Assembly: GCA_963745235.1 (NCBI GenBank)
Contig: CAVUXE010000048.1
Coordinates: 32,001 to 96,000 of the forward strand
Origin: an uncultured Spirochaetota bacterium
GTDB lineage: Bacteria > Spirochaetota > Spirochaetia > SZUA-6 > Fen-1364
DNA: 64,000 bases
Direction: 5' to 3'
Position 1 is the stretch's first letter. Each line of letters opens with the position of its first letter. Positions 62,174 through 64,000 of this stretch are shown here, in pieces. The translations under genes and the position numbers were made by a program. The notes under the pieces were generated by a model that was given only the letters and a program-made list of their open reading frames with translations, was not told the origin of the DNA and did not search any database.

Positions 62174-63214
62174 ATGAAACGGCTGTTCGTTTTTGTTGTC
62201 GTTGGGCTGCTTCTCGGCGGAACAGCGTTGTTTGCCGACACATCGGTGCTCATCGACTTCGGGAAGCTTGCTGCGGACACCACCATCGGGACCCAGACGG
62301 TCCCGTCAGAGAACGGGCCAACGCTGATCGACTACAGCAACGTGGCTGGTGCCTCCTTCAGCGACGCTGAAAGAGCGGTGATGAAATCCTCGCTCGCGCT
62401 CGGAAACTGGGGCGTCGAGCTCGCCTCATCTGCGCGGTCTGTGGCCAACCAGAGCGTAAGCTTCACGAAAGAAGCAACCGTCTCGGCTACTGCCAAGCCT
62501 TTCAACGGTGAGGACATGGCCAACAAGAAAGTGCTCGGCGTACGAGTGCATTTCCCCATTGACCCGTACAACTCATGGGCAATGGTCACTCCGCCCTTCG
62601 ACATCCCCGCCTACGCGGACAAAACAGGGCCGGATGGAGTCACTGTCGCCGCGGCGGACAAGGGCGTTGGAGCGAAGTTCGAGGATGGATACGGGGTCGT
62701 CAAGAACGTGGGCGTGCTCAAGAGCCTGTCCATCACCGTCTACGGCGCCAACTACCCCAACGGTCTTGGAGTCATTGTTTCAGACCAGGACGGCAACCAG
62801 CAGACCCTGTTCATGGACTACCTGCAGTTCGACGGCTGGCGCACCCTGACCTGGAACAACCCCAACTACGTCACTGACGTGCGCAACAGGGAGCTCAGGC
62901 GCTTCCCGTTGTACCCGCAGGGAATGCCGTACCTGAAGCTGATCGGTCTCGTGATCTACCGGGACGCGGCGCAGATGGGCGGTGATACTGTGACCTACTT
63001 CAAGGACATCAAGATCACCTACGACAAGGCCCTCATCAATACGAACAGAGACATCAACGACGAGGCTGTGTGGGGTATCCTGCAGCAGCGCCAGGAAGCC
63101 CGCAGACTGGCTGAAGTCAGGCGCCTTGGGAACATCCAGGTCCTCCGGTTCCTGGAGAAGGAAAAGATGGACGCTGGGCAGGCCACAACGGGAACTCAGC
63201 CGGCAAAGCAGTAG
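62174..63214 (+). CDS. flaA: Flagellar filament outer layer (sheath) protein FlaA
   Basis: Signal peptide, VLIDF.KL, SLAL.NW.VELASSA, LGVRVHFP, GYGVVKNVG.LKS, FDGW..LTW.NPNY, YFKDIK..YD. Confidence 0.95.
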   Translation: MKRLFVFVVVGLLLGGTALFADTSVLIDFGKLAADTTIGTQTVPSENGPTLIDYSNVAGASFSDAERAVMKSSLALGNWGVELASSARSVANQSVSFTKEATVSATAKPFNGEDMANKKVLGVRVHFPIDPYNSWAMVTPPFDIPAYADKTGPDGVTVAAADKGVGAKFEDGYGVVKNVGVLKSLSITVYGANYPNGLGVIVSDQDGNQQTLFMDYLQFDGWRTLTWNNPNYVTDVRNRELRRFPLYPQGMPYLKLIGLVIYRDAAQMGGDTVTYFKDIKITYDKALINTNRDINDEAVWGILQQRQEARRLAEVRRLGNIQVLRFLEKEKMDAGQATTGTQPAKQ

Positions 63215-63240
63215 CGGCAAAGTCGCAGAACGGAACACAG

Positions 63241-63276
63241 AAGAGGCCTTCCCCGCGGAGGGCCTCTTTCTTTTTT
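63241..63276 (+). terminator. Rho-independent terminator of flaA
   Basis: AAGAGGCCTTCC-CCGC-GGAGGGCCTCTT followed by a T-run. Confidence 0.88.
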
Positions 63277-63319
63277 GGCGTGCCCGGCAGAGCGCCCGCT
63301 TTCTATGAGAGAGTTGCCT

Positions 63320-64000
63320 CTAGAGAGTTGCCTCGATGCCTATGAACGCGTCGAAGAAGGTGGAGACTGAGAAAGGAAAGAGCTTCATATTTGCCTTGAG
63401 GGTCCACACGACTCCGGGGGTGGCGAAAGACACGTAGGGGGACACGACGGTCTGCAGGATGCCCGGGGTGGTCATGGATGAGGATGTGAACTTGAAGTTG
63501 CCCTCCATGCCGCCGCGGACAGATGTCTTGATAAGGTCCCCGACGTACGCGTTGACATTCACGTCGAAATTGCCGACCTCCGAGGGATTGTAGAACTGCT
63601 GGTAATACGCCGGATGCCAGAAGAACGTCGGGACGATGGAGAACTGGTCGAGATGGAGACGCGGTTCGAAGAGGAGGTAGAACTGGTTGATCGAAAAGGC
63701 GGTGCTTGCATCCCATTCGGGCACTCCCACCTGCGCGAAGAACTCGACATCCTTGTTCGTTGCGTAGAGCATGAGCCCGCCCCTGTAGAGCCCGTATGTC
63801 GTCGTGGTAGTGTAGGTCAGCCCGAAGAACCCCTCAAGCTTTACGACATCCAGGTTCACCAGGGCGCGCACGTCCGTGGAGTATGAGCCAAGCTGCCCAG
63901 GGAGCGTGGCAATCGCGCCGGCTGGCAGGCTCAGCAGGTCGTTGTAGTGGGTATCTTCGTAGGCATACACGCTGAAGCGCAGCGTTTCCTTCACCGGTGT
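63320..64000 (-). CDS. Putative outer-membrane beta-barrel protein, 3' part (window edge)
   Basis: Open frame with aromatic-rich amphipathic strands (YLLFEPR, FFWHP.YY), ending FIGIEATL. Confidence 0.7.
   Translation of the reverse strand, partial: TPVKETLRFSVYAYEDTHYNDLLSLPAGAIATLPGQLGSYSTDVRALVNLDVVKLEGFFGLTYTTTTTYGLYRGGLMLYATNKDVEFFAQVGVPEWDASTAFSINQFYLLFEPRLHLDQFSIVPTFFWHPAYYQQFYNPSEVGNFDVNVNAYVGDLIKTSVRGGMEGNFKFTSSSMTTPGILQTVVSPYVSFATPGVVWTLKANMKLFPFSVSTFFDAFIGIEATL

Noticed and set aside
63308-63334. Tandem duplication AGAGAGTTGCCTC (14-nt period) at the stop of the last gene
   Set aside because: Changes the C-terminus by at most one residue; local slippage with no element attached.
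1-64000. CRISPR array, IS/transposase, prophage or defence genes
   Set aside because: No regularly spaced repeat-spacer units and no transposase, integrase, Cas or phage motifs in any ORF.

Overview
64 kb of high-GC chromosome from a spirochaete (Spirochaetia, Treponema/Spirochaeta-like), judged from periplasmic flagellin flaB, sheath protein flaA, a spiro-SPASM protein, a UPF0164 protein and Treponema-like gene order. It is mostly core genome: trmD-rplS; coaD-rpmF-acpP-rnc; cca; flaB; aroH-glgA-map; tRNA-Thr and tRNA-Tyr; mltG-dnaG-rpoD-rnpB; mreBCD-mrdA; mazG; ychF-like; xseAB; amidase-flaA. About 16 genes, some essential, are broken by single-base indels in short homopolymers, which looks like long-read consensus error. 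Most notable: (1) Rex fused in frame to a complete NuoE/HydC-like [2Fe-2S] domain; (2) an adjacent module of UPF0164 barrel, 1000-aa helical protein and Asp-box/HAMP/PP2C receptor that may signal across the envelope; (3) a translationally coupled operon of spiro-SPASM, glycosyltransferase, SpsF, SpsG-methyltransferase, ATP-grasp and amidase upstream of flaA; (4) a 1.5-kb integrase-less islet in tRNA-Thr with an att-like direct repeat, carrying a secreted ankyrin protein; (5) repeated leaderless-mRNA promoter architecture; (6) no rodA after mrdA; (7) a sigma28 promoter and CsrA hairpin on flaB. All calls come from reading motifs by eye; no database searches were run.
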